64,000 nucleotides of DNA from the human T2T-CHM13v2.0 reference genome, Homo sapiens. Position numbers and translations under genes: made by a program. This document shows, one piece after another, positions 60,458-64,000 of this stretch. The stretch lies in the NCBI RefSeq assembly GCF_009914755.1, contig NC_060939.1. One strand, written 5' to 3'. The notes beneath the pieces are model-generated. The model ran no database searches and was not told the DNA's origin. It saw nothing but the letters and a program-made list of their open reading frames with translations. Every line of letters begins with the position of its first letter. The first letter of the stretch is position 1.

Positions 60458-61070
60458 AGTTGAAAGAGTTCTTTACATATTCTGATATTATGGATACTGG
60501 AACCTGACAAGGTGTATGATTTGCATTTTTTTCTCCCATTCTGTGGGTTATTTCACTTATTGTATATCCTTTGATACACCAAAAGTTAGAATTTTCGTAA
60601 AGCCTAATTTATCTATTTCTTCCTTTGGTGGCTTTACTTTAGGTGTCACAACTATGAGAATTTTATAGTACTATCTCTGACTTTTAGGTTTTTAATACAT
60701 TTTGAGTTAACTTTCCATATGGTGTAAGGCAACAGTCCAGTATCATTCCAATGTCTCTGCATCATTAGTTGAAGAGACGATTTTTCTCCATTGAATTATT
60801 TTGGTACTCTAATCAAGTATATTTCTATACAGTAGAACGCAGACTGGAAAACAGAAAAATTTTAAAACATCATTTAAAATAACTCCAGAATTGAAATATT
60901 TAGGTATAAATGTAACAAAATGTGTACAGTGTAAGTTTATAGGAAACTAAAACTCTAATAAAAGATATTTGAAAAATAAAGAAATAGAGAGTCATACTGT
61001 CTTCAAGGAATAGAAGACCCAACGTGGTAAACATGTCAACATGTAAATTCTCCATAAATTTATATATGGA

Positions 61071-64000
61071 TTGTGTGTGTGTGGTCTGTGTGTTTTTTAT
61101 ATATATATAAACATATATAAACATATATATAATATAAACCTATGTTTATATATAAACATAATATAAACCTACGTGTTTATATATAAACATATATATAATA
61201 TAAACCTACATGTTTATATATAAACATATATATAATATAAACCTACATGTTTATATATAAACATATATAATATAAACCTACATGTTTATATATAAACATA
61301 TATAATATAAACCTATATGTTTATATATAAACATATATAATATAAACCTATATGTTTATATATAAACATATATAATATAAACCTATATGTTTATATATAA
61401 ACATATATAATATAAACCTATATGTTTATATATAAACATATATAATATAAACCTATATGTTTATATATAAACATATATAATATAAACCTATATGTTTATA
61501 TATAAACATATATAATATAAACCTATATGTTTATATATAAACATATAATATAAACCTATATGTTTATATATAAACATATATAATATAAACCTATATGTTT
61601 ATATATAAACATATATAATATAAACCTATATGTTTATATATAAACATATAATATAAACATATTTATAATATAAACATATGTAATATAAACATATGTTCTA
61701 TATATAAACATATAATATAAACATGTCTATATGTAAACATATATAACATAAACATGTCTATATATAAACATATATATAATATAAACATGTCTATATATAA
61801 ACATAAAATATAAACATGTCTACATATAAACATATATAATATAAACATGTCTACATGTAAACATATATATAATATAAACATGTCTACATGTAAACATATA
61901 ATACGAACATATGTCTACATATAAACATAAACATGTCTATATATAAACATATATATAATATAAACATATGTCTATATATAAACATATATAATATAAACAT
62001 AAACATATAATATAAACATATATAATATAAACATATGTTTATATATAAACATATATAATATAAACATATATTTATATATAAACATATATATGAACATGTT
62101 TATATATAAACATATACAATATAAACATGTTTATATATAAACATATACAATATAAACATGTTTATATATAAACATATACAATATAAACATGTTTATATAT
62201 AAACATATACAATATAAACATGTTTATATATAAACATACAATATAAACATGTTTATATATAAACATACAATATAAACATGTTTATATATAAACATACAAT
62301 ATAAACATGTTTATATATAAACATACAATATAAACATGTTTATATATAAACATACAATATAAACATGTTTATATATAAACATACAATATAAACATGTTTA
62401 TATATAAACATACAATATAAACATGTTTATATATAAACATACAATATAAACATGTTTATATATAAACATACAATATAAACATGTTTATATATAAACATAT
62501 AGAATATAAACATGTTTATATATAAACATATAGAATATAAACATGTTTATATATAAACATATATAAACATGTTTATATATAAACATATATAAACATGTTT
62601 ATATATAAACATGTATAAAATAAACATGTTTATATATAAACATATATAATATAAACATGTTTATATATAAACATATAATATAAACATGTTTATATATAAA
62701 CATAATATAAACATGTTTATACATATATAAACATATAAAAACATGTTTATACATAATATATAAACATGTTTATATTATAATACAAACATGTTTATATATA
62801 ACCATGTTTATATTATATGTTTATATATAACCATGTTCATATTATATGTTTATATATAACCATAGGTTTATATATGTTTATATATAACCATAGGTTTATA
62901 TATGTTTATATATAACCATAGGTTTATATATGTTTATATATAACCATAGGTTTATATATGTTTATATATAACCATAGGTTTATATATGTTTATATATAAC
63001 CATAGGTTTATATATGTTTATATATAACCATAGGTTTATATATGTTTATATATAACCATAGGTTTATATATGTTTATATATAAACATAGGTTTATATATG
63101 TTTATATATAAACATAGGTTTATATATGTTTATATATAAACATATAGGTTTATATATTTATATATAAACATATAGGTTTATATATTTATATATAAACAGG
63201 TTTATAGGTTTATATATTTATATATAAACATAGGTTTATAGGTTTATATATTTATATATAAACAGGTTTATAGGTTTATATATTTATATATAAACATAGG
63301 TTTATAGGTTTATATATTTATATATAAACATAGGTTTATAGGTTTATATATTTATATATAAACAGGTTTATAGGTTTATTTATATATAAACATAGGTTTA
63401 TAGGTTTATATATTTATATATAAACATAGGTTTATAGGTTTATATATTTATATATAAACATAGGTTTATGTTTATATATTTATATATAAACCTATAGGTT
63501 TATATATAAATATATAATCATAGGTTTATATATAAACATATAAAATAAACATATGTTTATATATAAACATATATATAAAATAAACATAAACATATATAAA
63601 ATAAACATAAACATATATAAAATAAACATGTTTATATATAAATATATATAAAATAAACATGTTTATATATAAATATATATAAATGTATATGTTTATATAT
63701 AAAATATATATAAAATAAACATGTTTATATATAAACATATGCTTGTATATAAACATATATGTAAAATAAACATGTTTATATATAAACATATATAAAATAA
63801 ACATATACGTTTATAATAAACGTATATATAAAATAAACATGTTTATATGTAAATGTATATAATATAAACATATATAAACATATATGTTTATACATCCAAA
63901 CATATATAAGCATATATGTTTATACATCCAAACATATATAAACATATATGTTTATATAGCCAAACTTATATAAACATATGTTTATATATCCAAACATATA
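61071..64000. repeat. AT-rich minisatellite/VNTR with 28-35-bp variant units, running off the window end
   Basis: 35-mer AAACATATATAATATAAACCTATATGTTTATATAT, then 29-mer AAACATACAATATAAACATGTTTATATAT, then 28-mer AACCATAGGTTTATATATGTTTATATAT. Confidence 0.97.

Noticed and set aside
61071-64000. CRISPR-like array, or the ORFs 61663-61881 and 63526-63804
   Set aside because: No unique spacers, eukaryotic context; the ORFs are translations of the tandem repeat

Overview
This is primate (human-like, AluY-containing) intergenic or lncRNA-type genomic DNA made up mostly of interspersed repeats: Alu J/S/Y, old L1M and L1PA, L2, MaLR and ERV1 LTRs, and hAT and Tigger DNA transposons. I find no credible intact protein-coding gene; the ORF track is mostly Alu/L1/microsatellite noise. 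The standout is a 1.28-kb segment (19813-21091) with only about 4% G and no GG dinucleotide. It decodes as a HERV-I/HERVIP10-like integrase-env-LTR10 provirus remnant, massively G-to-A hypermutated (APOBEC3-type), 5'-truncated and internally deleted. Other points of note: (1) a >2.9-kb AT-rich minisatellite of palindromic units with inverted arms, resembling PATRR/fragile-site repeats; (2) two TSD-flanked retrocopies of old-repeat RNA, one polyadenylated at an MLT1D AATAAA; (3) a patchwork templated insertion at 39.6 kb; (4) a twin-primed L1; (5) a 5S rRNA pseudogene; (6) a GC-box array at 27.1 kb with candidate non-coding exon chains on both sides. Repeat subfamily names come from my memory of consensus sequences, and boundaries are approximate.
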